Positions 25,786-34,771 of a stretch of 39,019 bases of DNA are shown here, one piece after another. A program made the translations under genes and the position numbers. This DNA comes from an uncultured Planctomycetaceae bacterium. GTDB lineage: Bacteria; Planctomycetota; Planctomycetia; Pirellulales; PALSA-1355. How positions within the stretch are numbered: position 1 is the first letter of the stretch; every line of letters starts with the position of its first letter. Where the stretch lies: NCBI GenBank assembly GCA_964585335.1, contig CAZPED010000001.1:1-39019 (forward strand), read 5' to 3'. The notes under the pieces were generated by a model. It searched no databases. It was not told the DNA's origin and worked only from the letters and a program-made list of their open reading frames with translations.

Positions 25786-27648
25786 ATGGCCAGTGCCGAC
25801 TCGCAACCGACGGGACGCGCGGTGCGCGTGCTCGAGGGAGTGGTGCTCGTCGTAGCAGCACTCTACTTTGGCCGCCCCGTGCTGGTGCCGTTGGCGCTGG
25901 CCCTGCTTTTTTCTTTCCTGTTGACCCAGCCAGTTACCGTGCTGGAGCGACGGGGATTGCCGCGCGTCGCGGCCGTCGGGGTCATCGTCTGCCTGATTGC
26001 CTGTCTGCTGGCGGCCGTGACCTGGAAGACCGTCGACCAGCTCTCCGAGCTGGTGCTCAACCTGCCCCAGTACAAAGAGAATTTGCGCGGCAAGATCGAA
26101 TCGCTGCGCGGCAGCGGCAGCTCGGTGATCAAGACGCTGGAGCGCACGGTCTCAGAAGTTTCTGACGAGCTGAAACGCACGGGAAAAACCGCGCAGGAAG
26201 CCGCCGCCACGACCAGCCAGCCCCCGCAAAGCGCGCCGACGCCGGTGACCGTCGTCTCCGAACCGTCGCGCCCCTGGGCACTGGTGCAAACGACCGTAGC
26301 GGCCTTGGCCGAACCGCTCGCTCAGGCCGGTATCGTCGTCGTGCTCGTGATCTTCATGCTCATGGGGCGCGAAGATCTGCGCAACCGCTTCGTGCGCCTG
26401 GCCGGCACGGGACGGATCACCCTCACGACCAAGACGCTCGACGAAATCGAAACCCGCATCAGCCGCTACCTGCTGATGAACGCCCTGGTCAATAGCGGCT
26501 TCGGGCTGACGATTGGCACGGGACTGTACCTGCTGGGCGTCGACTATGCCGTGCTCTGGGGATGCCTGGCCGCGGCATTGCGGTTTGTTCCCTACCTCGG
26601 ACCGATCGTGGCCTCGGCTATGCCGATCTCCATGTCCGTCATTCAGTCGCCCGATTGGACTCAGCCGCTGCTAACTCTGGGGCTGTTCATCGTCGCCGAA
26701 CTGATCACCAACAACGTCGTGGAGCCGCTCACCTACGGCCGCAGCAGCGGCGTTTCCACGGTCGCGCTGCTCACCGCCGCGGTGTTTTGGAGCTGGGTTT
26801 GGGGACCGGTGGGCCTGCTGCTCTCGGTGCCGCTGACCGTGGTGCTGGTGGTATTGGGCAAATACGTGCCGCCGCTCGAGCCGCTCTGGATACTGCTGGG
26901 CGACGAGCCGCCGTTGCCGCCCCACGTGCAGCTATACCAGCGGCTATTGGCCGGCGATGCCGACGAGGCGGCCGATGTGGTCGACGACTTTAGCACCGCC
27001 CGCAGTCCGGTGGAAATCTACGACGAGCTGTTGATTCCGGCGCTCGTCATGGCCGAGCGCGACCGCGGGCGCGGCCAGCTGACCGAGGCCAATCAGCAAT
27101 TCCTCTGGTCCACCACTCAGCAGCTGCTCGATAACTACCTGGAACTGGCCGACACCGAGGCAGCCGACGACCAGGCCACCGTGACCAGGCCGACGGTTAT
27201 TGTGGGCTTGCCCGCCACGGACCGCAGCGATGAGCTGGCCCTCGAGATGCTGGCCCATTGCCTGCCCGAGCACGTCGAACTTCATCGCATCGGCCAAAGC
27301 GCCTTGGCGTCGGAAGCAATCGAGCTGGTTGCCAAGCTACAGCCCAGCGCGGTCGTCGTCTCTGCCTTGGGGCCAGGCGGCGCCAACCAGGTGCGTTATT
27401 TGTGCAAGCGGCTGCGCCAGCGCTTTGCCGACTTGAATCTCGTGGCTGCCCGTTGGGGATATCCGGGCGACACGGCCAAGATGCGCGCCGCGCTGCATGC
27501 CCGTGGCGCCGGCCGGATCGTGACCACATTGGCCGAAGCGGTCGATGCGGCCAACCGCTTGCCGCGCCTGCCCGATGCCAAAGCTGGCGACGAACCGGCG
27601 GCTACCGCTGGCGCTCGCGCAGCTCAATTACCCGTTGCTGGCTCCTGA
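25786..27648 (+). CDS. AI-2E family transporter (PerM/UPF0118) with about 240-aa C-terminal B12-binding-like cytoplasmic module
   Basis: The permease core is FVPYLGPIVASAMP...ITNNVVEPLTYGRSSGVSTVALLTAAVFWSWVWGPVGLLLSVPLTVVLVVLGKY. The C-terminal part is described in the findings. I prefer the start at 25786 (MASADS), and the track starts at 25726. Confidence 0.8.
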   Translation: MASADSQPTGRAVRVLEGVVLVVAALYFGRPVLVPLALALLFSFLLTQPVTVLERRGLPRVAAVGVIVCLIACLLAAVTWKTVDQLSELVLNLPQYKENLRGKIESLRGSGSSVIKTLERTVSEVSDELKRTGKTAQEAAATTSQPPQSAPTPVTVVSEPSRPWALVQTTVAALAEPLAQAGIVVVLVIFMLMGREDLRNRFVRLAGTGRITLTTKTLDEIETRISRYLLMNALVNSGFGLTIGTGLYLLGVDYAVLWGCLAAALRFVPYLGPIVASAMPISMSVIQSPDWTQPLLTLGLFIVAELITNNVVEPLTYGRSSGVSTVALLTAAVFWSWVWGPVGLLLSVPLTVVLVVLGKYVPPLEPLWILLGDEPPLPPHVQLYQRLLAGDADEAADVVDDFSTARSPVEIYDELLIPALVMAERDRGRGQLTEANQQFLWSTTQQLLDNYLELADTEAADDQATVTRPTVIVGLPATDRSDELALEMLAHCLPEHVELHRIGQSALASEAIELVAKLQPSAVVVSALGPGGANQVRYLCKRLRQRFADLNLVAARWGYPGDTAKMRAALHARGAGRIVTTLAEAVDAANRLPRLPDAKAGDEPAATAGARAAQLPVAGS

Positions 27649-28032
27649 ATCGGGCACGTCGCTGGCGGTATCTTCGCACTGCCGGGCGGAAAGGTCCTGG
27701 AACTCTCGCTTCAGGTTTGTCAGCTCCGTGTCGGAAAGTTCCTCAAGGTCGACCAGCCGGGTCCGCGCCGACTCGACGGCGCGCAGCAACTCGTCGAGCT
27801 TCAGGTGCAAGGCCAGCGAATCGCGGTTCTGCGTGTTTTGAATCAAGAACACCATCAGGAACGTGACGATCGTTGTGCCGGTGTTGATAATCAATTGCCA
27901 GGTATCGGAAAAGCCAAAGACCGGCCCAGTGACTGCCCAAACGACGATGACTCCCATGGCCAGCACGAATGCCCAGGACGAACCCATGCGGTCGGCAGCG
28001 ACCCGGGCGAAGCGTCGAAACTGTTCCTGCAT
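27628..28032 (-). CDS. low-affinity iron permease family protein (Fet4-like, PF04120-type)
   Basis: GSSWAFVLAMGVIVVWAVTGPVFGFSDTWQLIINTGTTIVTFLMVFLIQNTQNRDSLALHLKLDELL is the family signature. I prefer the start at 28032 (MQEQF). The 3' end overlaps the AI-2E gene by 21 bp. Confidence 0.85.
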   Translation of the reverse strand: MQEQFRRFARVAADRMGSSWAFVLAMGVIVVWAVTGPVFGFSDTWQLIINTGTTIVTFLMVFLIQNTQNRDSLALHLKLDELLRAVESARTRLVDLEELSDTELTNLKREFQDLSARQCEDTASDVPDSGASNG

Positions 28033-28223
28033 TGCCTTGGTTCCCAGCGACACGAGGTGACGACTGGCCCGGCACACATGCAATTGGCATACCTTCGCCA
28101 AGCGGCTCGCCGACCTTTGCGTCCGTGCGGCACGTTGATGTGCCCCCGGTCTCAAGCGATACTGGCCCTTGGTTTTGCGCGCTAGAAAAGACCTGCCAGA
28201 CCGCTCCGAGGAGGCCCACGGCC

Positions 28224-29630
28224 GTGAAGCGATTTACAGGGTATCGCCGAAATTACAGGGCGTGGATGCTCGTCGTCTGGGCGCTACTGGCCTGTGGCGG
28301 CGGACTGCACGAAGCGGTCGCCAGGCCCAACATCGTGCTGATCCTGGCTGACGACCTGGGCTACGGCGACCTGGGTTGCTATGGGCAACAGCGCATCGTC
28401 ACGCCGCGCATCGATCGATTGGCCCAGGAAGGCGTTCGCTTCACGCAGTGCTACGCCGGCAGCACGGTCTGCGCGCCTTCGCGCTGCGTGCTGATGACCG
28501 GGCTGCACACGGGGCATTGCCGCGTGCGCGGCAACAGCCTGGTGCCGCTCGAGCCGGGCGACGTCACCGTGGCCGAAGTGCTCAAGACGGCCGGCTACAC
28601 GACAGGCATCTTTGGCAAGTGGGGGCTGGGCGAGCCCGATACCTCGGGGTTGCCGAACCGCCAGGGCTTCGACGAGTGGTTTGGCTACCTGAACCAACAC
28701 CATGCCCACAACTATTATCCGGACTACCTCTGGCACAACGACAAGCGCGTGTCGCTACCAAACGAAGTGACTGGCAACGTGGCGAGTGTCAAGCAAGAGT
28801 ATTCGGCCGACTTGATCGCGGCCCACGCGCTCAACTTTCTCGACCACCACGCCCGCGAGCGATTCTTTTTGTACTTGCCGTTCACCCTGCCGCACGCCAA
28901 CAACGAGGCCGGTCAGCGCGGGATGGAAGTGCCCAGTGACGCGCCCTACTCGCACGAGCCGTGGCCGCAGCCGCAAAAGAACCACGCGGCGATGATTACG
29001 TATCTCGATACGCTGGTCGGCAAGGTGCTCGACAAACTCGACGCCCTGGGACTGGCGGACGACACCCTGGTGCTGCTGTCCAGCGACAACGGACCGCACC
29101 GCGAAGGGGGCGCCGATCCGAGCTTCTTCAACAGCGCGGGTGGGCTGCGCGGATTCAAGCGGGCGCTGTACGAAGGGGGAATTCGCGTGCCAATGATCGT
29201 CCGCTATCGGGGTCATGTCGCCGCCAACACCACCAGCGACCAAGTCTGGTGGTTTGCCGACATGCTGCCGACGCTGGCCGAGCTGGCAGGCGCCGCGGCT
29301 CCCCAGCACCTTGACGGCATCTCAATGGCCCCAGCGCTACTCGGCCAGCAGGCCGCCGGCCGAGCGCAGCCACAGCATGCCTACCTGTACTGGGAATTTC
29401 ACGAACGCGGCTTCGCGCAGGCCGTGCGCTTGGGCGATTGGAAAGCCGTGCGGCCCAAGCCCGGCGGCGCGGTCGAATTGTATGACCTGCGCACCGACCC
29501 CGCGGAAGCGCACGACGTGTCCACGCAGCACGCCGAGGTAGTCGCCAGGGCCGAGAAAATCATGACCGAGGCCCGCGCCCCTTCGCCGCATTGGCCGGCG
29601 CCAGGCGAAACGGTCGAAAAAGTCCCGTAA
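28224..29630 (+). CDS. secreted arylsulfatase (formylglycine-dependent sulfatase family)
   Basis: Carries PNIVLILADDLGYGDLGCYG and the CAPSRCVLMTG (C-x-P-x-R) motif, plus a signal-like N-terminus. GGAGGAGG lies about 10 nt upstream of the GTG at 28224, and ATG at 28266 is an alternative start. The track ORF starts at 27969. Confidence 0.85.
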   Translation: MKRFTGYRRNYRAWMLVVWALLACGGGLHEAVARPNIVLILADDLGYGDLGCYGQQRIVTPRIDRLAQEGVRFTQCYAGSTVCAPSRCVLMTGLHTGHCRVRGNSLVPLEPGDVTVAEVLKTAGYTTGIFGKWGLGEPDTSGLPNRQGFDEWFGYLNQHHAHNYYPDYLWHNDKRVSLPNEVTGNVASVKQEYSADLIAAHALNFLDHHARERFFLYLPFTLPHANNEAGQRGMEVPSDAPYSHEPWPQPQKNHAAMITYLDTLVGKVLDKLDALGLADDTLVLLSSDNGPHREGGADPSFFNSAGGLRGFKRALYEGGIRVPMIVRYRGHVAANTTSDQVWWFADMLPTLAELAGAAAPQHLDGISMAPALLGQQAAGRAQPQHAYLYWEFHERGFAQAVRLGDWKAVRPKPGGAVELYDLRTDPAEAHDVSTQHAEVVARAEKIMTEARAPSPHWPAPGETVEKVP

Positions 29631-29683
29631 AGCTCGCGGCAATGGCCGTGCGGGCCGGTCATGTTCGGGGGCGCACTGAGTCG

Positions 29684-30718
29684 CTACGCCACCACGTAGC
29701 GGATCGGCGGGTTTTCTTCCCGCTGGAACTCGTCGAGGTTGGCGATCGTCAGCTTGCCGTGCTGGTACAGGTACTCGACGTGCGCGGCGACTTCCTCGAT
29801 TGCCAGTAGCACGTGAAATCCCTTGGCGTGCACGTACAGACGTTCGGAAATCTCGTTGATGGTCAGCGATCCTGGCGCGTCGGCAATCAGCGCCAGAATC
29901 TTGTCCAGCTTGCGCAGATGCCCTTGGCGAATTTCGGTCACGCGTTTGTAAACGTCCTTGATCGGCCCCTGGTGGCCGCCTAGCGCCATGTCGAAACCGC
30001 CGGTGCGGCCGATTTTGTCCAGCGACTCCAGGTAGTGCCCTAACCCGGTGTAGGGCATGATGCTCTCGGGAACCTGGTGCGGCGAGATCTCGGGTAGGAT
30101 ATGGTCGGCCGTCAGCAGCACGTCATCGATGGCGATGCACACCTGGCCAGGACAGTGCCCGGGCGTATGAATGAAACGCAAGCCGTCGATCTGCTGCCCA
30201 TCGACAATCGTTCGCACCTGGGGCAAGCTGCGGACGTTCTGTTTCGAGAAACCGTAAATGTCCATGAAGCCCTGCAACAGCTCGGCGCCGACGCCGGCCT
30301 GTTGCAGAAAGCGGCGGATGGCCTTTTTCGCCACGGCCACGCGCTCGTCGAACGCGGTCAAAATCCGCGCGTCGAGCTCATGAATCAGGATTTCCGCCTG
30401 TGGCGTGTGATCGTAAAGCGCCGCCAGGCCGCCAAAGTGATCGATGTGTCCGTGCGTGATCACGATCCGCTGGATGTCGCCCACTTTCAGCGGTTCGCCA
30501 AACTCGCTGCGCACCTGGGCGATGCCCTCGAGCAATTGGCGGTTGGCATCGCCCATGCCGCTGCCGGTGTCGACGATCGTCGGCGGCCCGCATTCGAGCA
30601 GCAAATAAATGTTGGCGATCAGCCCGGGAAAAGCGTCGCAGGCGATCCGGTAAATCCGCGCGCCGCTGCTGGCGTCGAACCGTCGCACTTCGGGCAAAAC
30701 CGGTTTGGCGGAACTCAT
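29684..30718 (-). CDS. MBL-fold metallo-hydrolase
   Basis: Carries the ITHGHIDHFGG (HxHxDH) motif and a later HTPGHCPG. I prefer the start at 30718 (MSSAKP). Confidence 0.8.
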   Translation of the reverse strand: MSSAKPVLPEVRRFDASSGARIYRIACDAFPGLIANIYLLLECGPPTIVDTGSGMGDANRQLLEGIAQVRSEFGEPLKVGDIQRIVITHGHIDHFGGLAALYDHTPQAEILIHELDARILTAFDERVAVAKKAIRRFLQQAGVGAELLQGFMDIYGFSKQNVRSLPQVRTIVDGQQIDGLRFIHTPGHCPGQVCIAIDDVLLTADHILPEISPHQVPESIMPYTGLGHYLESLDKIGRTGGFDMALGGHQGPIKDVYKRVTEIRQGHLRKLDKILALIADAPGSLTINEISERLYVHAKGFHVLLAIEEVAAHVEYLYQHGKLTIANLDEFQREENPPIRYVVA

Positions 30719-30783
30719 GGGCACCACTTGAAAATGCAATCGCCGGCGAGCGCGAGCTGCTTCGCTCCGCCGGGCTGGCGGCA

Positions 30784-31293
30784 TTATAGCGTCGGCAGCC
30801 AGGGACCGCTTGAATCTTCGTGTGGCGCCCGGGCCGCCTTGAGCAGGCCGATCAGCTCGCGCAGTTGATCGTCGGCCAGGTGGCCGATCTGCTGCTCATG
30901 GCATTTGCGCACCTGCACGTCGAGATCGGCCAGCAGCTTCTGGCCGGCCTCGGTCAGGCCGATGAGCACCATGCGGCGATTGTCGGCCGGCCGCTCGCGC
31001 TCGATCAACCCCCGCTCTTCGAGCTTATCGAGCAGCCGCGTGATGTCGGGTGCCCGCGAAACCAGCCGGGCGGCCAGCGACAGCGTGGGCAACTTGCGGC
31101 CCCCTTCGCCGCGCAGCAGTCGCAGCGCGTTGTACTGCTGGGGCGTCAGCTCGTAGCGGCCGAACAGCTCCTCTTCGAGGATGTGCAGCCGGTCGTACGT
31201 TCGCCAGAGGTTGAGAAAAGCCTCTTGCTCAAGCGAGTCGAAACGGCGCGGTCCGCCTTGGGGAACATCGGCAGGTGTGCTCATGCCGCCCAT
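30784..31293 (-). CDS. MarR family transcriptional regulator
   Basis: The winged-helix core is LTPQQYNALRLLRGEGGRKLPTLSLAARLVSRAPDITRLLDKLEERGLIERERPADNRRMVLIGLTEAG. An ATG at 31293 or 31284 avoids overlap with the upstream gene. Confidence 0.8.
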   Translation of the reverse strand: MGGMSTPADVPQGGPRRFDSLEQEAFLNLWRTYDRLHILEEELFGRYELTPQQYNALRLLRGEGGRKLPTLSLAARLVSRAPDITRLLDKLEERGLIERERPADNRRMVLIGLTEAGQKLLADLDVQVRKCHEQQIGHLADDQLRELIGLLKAARAPHEDSSGPWLPTL

Positions 31294-31366
31294 GCTAACG
31301 GCCGGCGAGGCAATTGTCCAAACCCCGGCCAGAACGTCGCGCCCCGACGCGGGGGCACGATGGCCG

Positions 31367-32668
31367 TCAGGCGAATAGCTCGTCGACGGGCTTGCCGCCG
31401 TCGACAATCTTGATCGGCCGGCCGTTGGGGGCGATGTTCTCGACCGCTGGATTGATCTTCAGGCTCTTGCAGAAGGTCTGGAATAAGTCGGCAACGTTCA
31501 CGGGCCGATCGGTCACTTCCGAGCCGGCTTCGTCGGTTTTGCCAATCACCTGGCCGCCCCGCACGCCTCCGCCCGCCATGACGACGTTGAAGGCCCGCGG
31601 ATAGTGGTCGCGTCCTCCGCGGGGATTGATCTTGGGGGTGCGCCCGAACTCGCCCGTCCACACCACCAGGGTCGTGTCGAGCAGCCCGCGCTGCTTCAGA
31701 TCCTCGAGCAGGGCCGCAAATGGCTGATCGACCTGGCCAGCCAGCTCTTTCACGCGACTGAAGTTGTCGAAGTGGGTATCCCAGCCGTTGAGCACCACCT
31801 CGACGCAAGGAATGCCGGTTTCGACCAGCCGCCGGGCCAACAGGCAGCCGCGGCCGAACTGCGACGAACCGTAAGCCGCCTTGGTGCTCTCCGCTTCGGC
31901 GTCGAGGTCAAAGGCCTTCATCTGCGAGCTGAGTATCATCCGCGAAGTTTTCTGATAGAGCTTCTGGTGCTCGCTCACTTCCTCCTTGGCGCCGCTTTCG
32001 GCATAGTCGCTCTCCAGCCGTCCCAGCAGGTCGAGCCGGCGTTGATAACGCTCCACCTGGGTCGGCAGCGCCGTGTTGGTTGGCAGTTTGCCGGCCTCGG
32101 GCATCAAGAACGGATCGTACTCGACGCCCAGAATGCCGCCGCTGGCGCCGTCCCGCGCGCCGCCGCCAATGCGCACGAATGCGGGCAGGTCGAGCGCCGG
32201 GTGCGCCGTTTGCTGGGCCACGATCGAGCCGAACGCCGGGTACTTGACGCTGGCCGTCGGCAGATAGCCGGTGTGCATCAGGTAGCTGGCCCGAGGGTGG
32301 CTCCCCTCTTTGCTGGTCATGGAGCGAATGATAGCCGCATGCTGCATGGCCTGCGCCATGCGGGGAAAGTTCTCGCTCACTTCGATGCCGGCCACGGCGG
32401 TGCTGATCGCCTTGGTTTCACCTCCATTGGGATGCCCCGGTTTGGGACTGAACGTCTCGAAGTGGCTGGGACCGCCTTGCATCCAGAGCAGAATGCAAGC
32501 CATGCCTCGTTGTTGCAGCTCGCCGGCCTCGAGCGTCAATAGATCGCGCCACGAGAGCGTGCCCGCCGCGAGGCTGGCCGCCGAGATTCCGCGGAGGAAA
32601 TCGCGGCGGCAAACGACTCCGCGCCGCTCGAGCGAAACGTTCACTTGACGTCGCCAAAAGACACTCAT
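31367..32668 (-). CDS. DUF1501 domain protein (sulfatase-like fold, Tat-exported)
   Basis: The twin-arginine signal is RRDFLRGISAASLAAG. Also carries ILLWMQGGPSHFETF and WDTH, a typical planctomycete DUF1501 sequence. Confidence 0.85.
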   Translation of the reverse strand: MSVFWRRQVNVSLERRGVVCRRDFLRGISAASLAAGTLSWRDLLTLEAGELQQRGMACILLWMQGGPSHFETFSPKPGHPNGGETKAISTAVAGIEVSENFPRMAQAMQHAAIIRSMTSKEGSHPRASYLMHTGYLPTASVKYPAFGSIVAQQTAHPALDLPAFVRIGGGARDGASGGILGVEYDPFLMPEAGKLPTNTALPTQVERYQRRLDLLGRLESDYAESGAKEEVSEHQKLYQKTSRMILSSQMKAFDLDAEAESTKAAYGSSQFGRGCLLARRLVETGIPCVEVVLNGWDTHFDNFSRVKELAGQVDQPFAALLEDLKQRGLLDTTLVVWTGEFGRTPKINPRGGRDHYPRAFNVVMAGGGVRGGQVIGKTDEAGSEVTDRPVNVADLFQTFCKSLKINPAVENIAPNGRPIKIVDGGKPVDELFA

Positions 32669-32735
32669 CGTCAGTTACCTTGCCCGAAAAGAAAGTAGTG
32701 TGGCGGCGCTGCTGGCCCAGAGGCGCGCGGCCGGT

Positions 32736-34355
32736 TTATTTGCGATGCAGAAACTCGGTGGAATTGACGAGCGACCAGAGGACGTCTTCAAATCCCTCGC
32801 TACGGCTTGGCGACGACCGCACATGGTCGAGGCAGGTCTGCACCTCGATGGCCTTCGGCTCGCGCGCCAGGCAGCGCAAGTAGAGTTCGGTCACCACGGC
32901 CTTGTCGTCGCGCACTTCTTCAAGCAGGCGGCCTAGCTGCGTGCCGGGCCGCTTTCCCTGCAGGGCCTGGTTGATTTCCGGCGCGTTCATCAGGAACAGC
33001 GCCTGCGGAATCGACCCGGCAATCTCGTCGCGACGCACGCTAGGGTCGTAGCCAAACGTTTGATTCATCTTGCCCCGCGGACCGGCCAGCATCGCCCGCG
33101 GATTGTCGCCCAGGGGAACCTCGGGCAGCCCGAGCACCTCGGCTAGCGCGTTGAACAGCTGATCGGCCCGCAACCGCTGCGGGCAGCTGGCCAAGAACGG
33201 CGACTCTTCGAGCGACGTGCGGGTGCGACTCTGGCGGGCGTAAGCGTCGCTGGCCATGATCACCCGGTACAGCCACTTCACGTCGTAGCGGCTGCCGGCG
33301 AAGTGGTCGGCCAGGTAATCGAGCGTTTGCGGCGCCGCGCACTTGCGATCGGGGCCCATGTCGTCGACCGGTTCGTAGAAGCCGGTGCCCACCAGCTCCG
33401 ACCAGATCCGATTGACGAACGCCTTGGCGAACCAATGGTTTTTTCGGCTCGTGATCCACTCGGCCACTTTCTCGCGGCGCTCCAAATCGGCCAGTCCCGT
33501 ATCGAGCTTCTGTCCCGTGACAAAGAACACGGGCTTCATCAACTTGCCTTGCTCTTCCGGATGATCGAGGTCGGGCATGTAATGTTCGAGCGAGCCGCGC
33601 TTGGGCTTATCGTCGCGCTTGCCGCGCTCGCGGTCGACCGACACGACGGCGAACGAGCGTTTCTCGCCATCGCGCACCGGCCGTACGGCAATCCGTGGGA
33701 AGAACGCCGCCAGCTCATGGAATTGCTCGCGCTTCCAGCGGTCCGTCGGATGGTTGTGACACTGGGCACATTGAATCTGAATGCCCATAAAGATCCGCGA
33801 CACTTCGGCGGTCGTGTCTTCGGCATTGGCCATCTGCGCCATGATCACGGCCGTGGCCCCCTCGTCGCGCAGGTCGCCCGTGGCGGTAATGAACTTGCGG
33901 GCAATCTTGTCCCAGTGCGGGTCGTTGTTGAATTCGTTCGCCAGAAACCGCACCAGCGAGTTGCTCACCAGCAGCGCCCGATCCTCGCTACGGCGATACA
34001 GAATGACGTCGCGCCAGTAGCGGGCCCAGTTGTCGCCAAAGGCCGGGTCGGCCAGCAAGCGTTCGACAGCGGCCGCGCGTTTGTCGCTCGACGGATCGAG
34101 TGCAAAGGCCGTAATTTCATCGGGCGTGGGCGGGCGGCCAACCAGGTCGAGCGCGGCCCGGCGCAAGAACACTTCATCGTCGACCGCCGGCGCTACCTGG
34201 CCAGGGCTGGCCGTGTTGCCGCCGAAGTGCTCTTTCGCAAGCAGCTCGTCGATTTTCTTCGCCGCCACCGTGGGGTCGAGCCCCGCCGCCATGGCCGGCG
34301 CAGCCAGCAACAACACTCCCAACACGCCTGACAGGCAACTTCGCACCAGCGCCAT
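32736..34355 (-). CDS. DUF1549/DUF1553 domain protein (PSCyt2/PSD1 type)
   Basis: The signal peptide is MALVRSCLSGVLGVLLLAAPAMA. Carries FLRRAALDLVGRPPTPDEI, CAQCHNHPTDRW and FAKAFVNRIWSELVGTGF. It is paired with DUF1501 downstream. Confidence 0.85.
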   Translation of the reverse strand: MALVRSCLSGVLGVLLLAAPAMAAGLDPTVAAKKIDELLAKEHFGGNTASPGQVAPAVDDEVFLRRAALDLVGRPPTPDEITAFALDPSSDKRAAAVERLLADPAFGDNWARYWRDVILYRRSEDRALLVSNSLVRFLANEFNNDPHWDKIARKFITATGDLRDEGATAVIMAQMANAEDTTAEVSRIFMGIQIQCAQCHNHPTDRWKREQFHELAAFFPRIAVRPVRDGEKRSFAVVSVDRERGKRDDKPKRGSLEHYMPDLDHPEEQGKLMKPVFFVTGQKLDTGLADLERREKVAEWITSRKNHWFAKAFVNRIWSELVGTGFYEPVDDMGPDRKCAAPQTLDYLADHFAGSRYDVKWLYRVIMASDAYARQSRTRTSLEESPFLASCPQRLRADQLFNALAEVLGLPEVPLGDNPRAMLAGPRGKMNQTFGYDPSVRRDEIAGSIPQALFLMNAPEINQALQGKRPGTQLGRLLEEVRDDKAVVTELYLRCLAREPKAIEVQTCLDHVRSSPSRSEGFEDVLWSLVNSTEFLHRK

Positions 34356-34771
34356 GTTCGGGATCTCTCGACGGGGTGAGACCGGAGCGCGACAAACTGC
34401 CGCGACGATTCCGGCCACTGATCCATTCAACACCGGCCGCGGGGCGGCGTTTCGCCTTCTCTATCACCAATCTGCCGCATAAAGCGCCGCGCGGTGGCAA
34501 TTCTTCCGTCGCGCCGCCCCACGTCGGCGGGGGGAGGCCCGCATGCCACGACGTCGACAAATCGCCACACGAATCAGGCGGCTGCGTCGTCAAAACGCCT
34601 CATTCGTTTGGAGCGGGCTCAACCGCGTTCAGCTCCAATACTTTGGCCCATAATTACTTATTGCAACCACGCCGGGGGAGATTCTGCTGCCGCCGGCGCG
34701 AGGTATCGCAGTTGCAATATCCACCTGGCATGGCATTTCGCTCCCGACAACCGCGCAACCAGTACCCCAGC

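Noticed and set aside
28129-28144. GGCACGTTGATGTGCC upstream of the sulfatase, almost identical to the box at 16558
   Set aside because: GG and GC are separated by 11 nt rather than 10, which is normally incompatible with sigma-54 recognition. It is a perfect GGCAC-N6-GTGCC palindrome and may instead be a regulator site or a decayed promoter.
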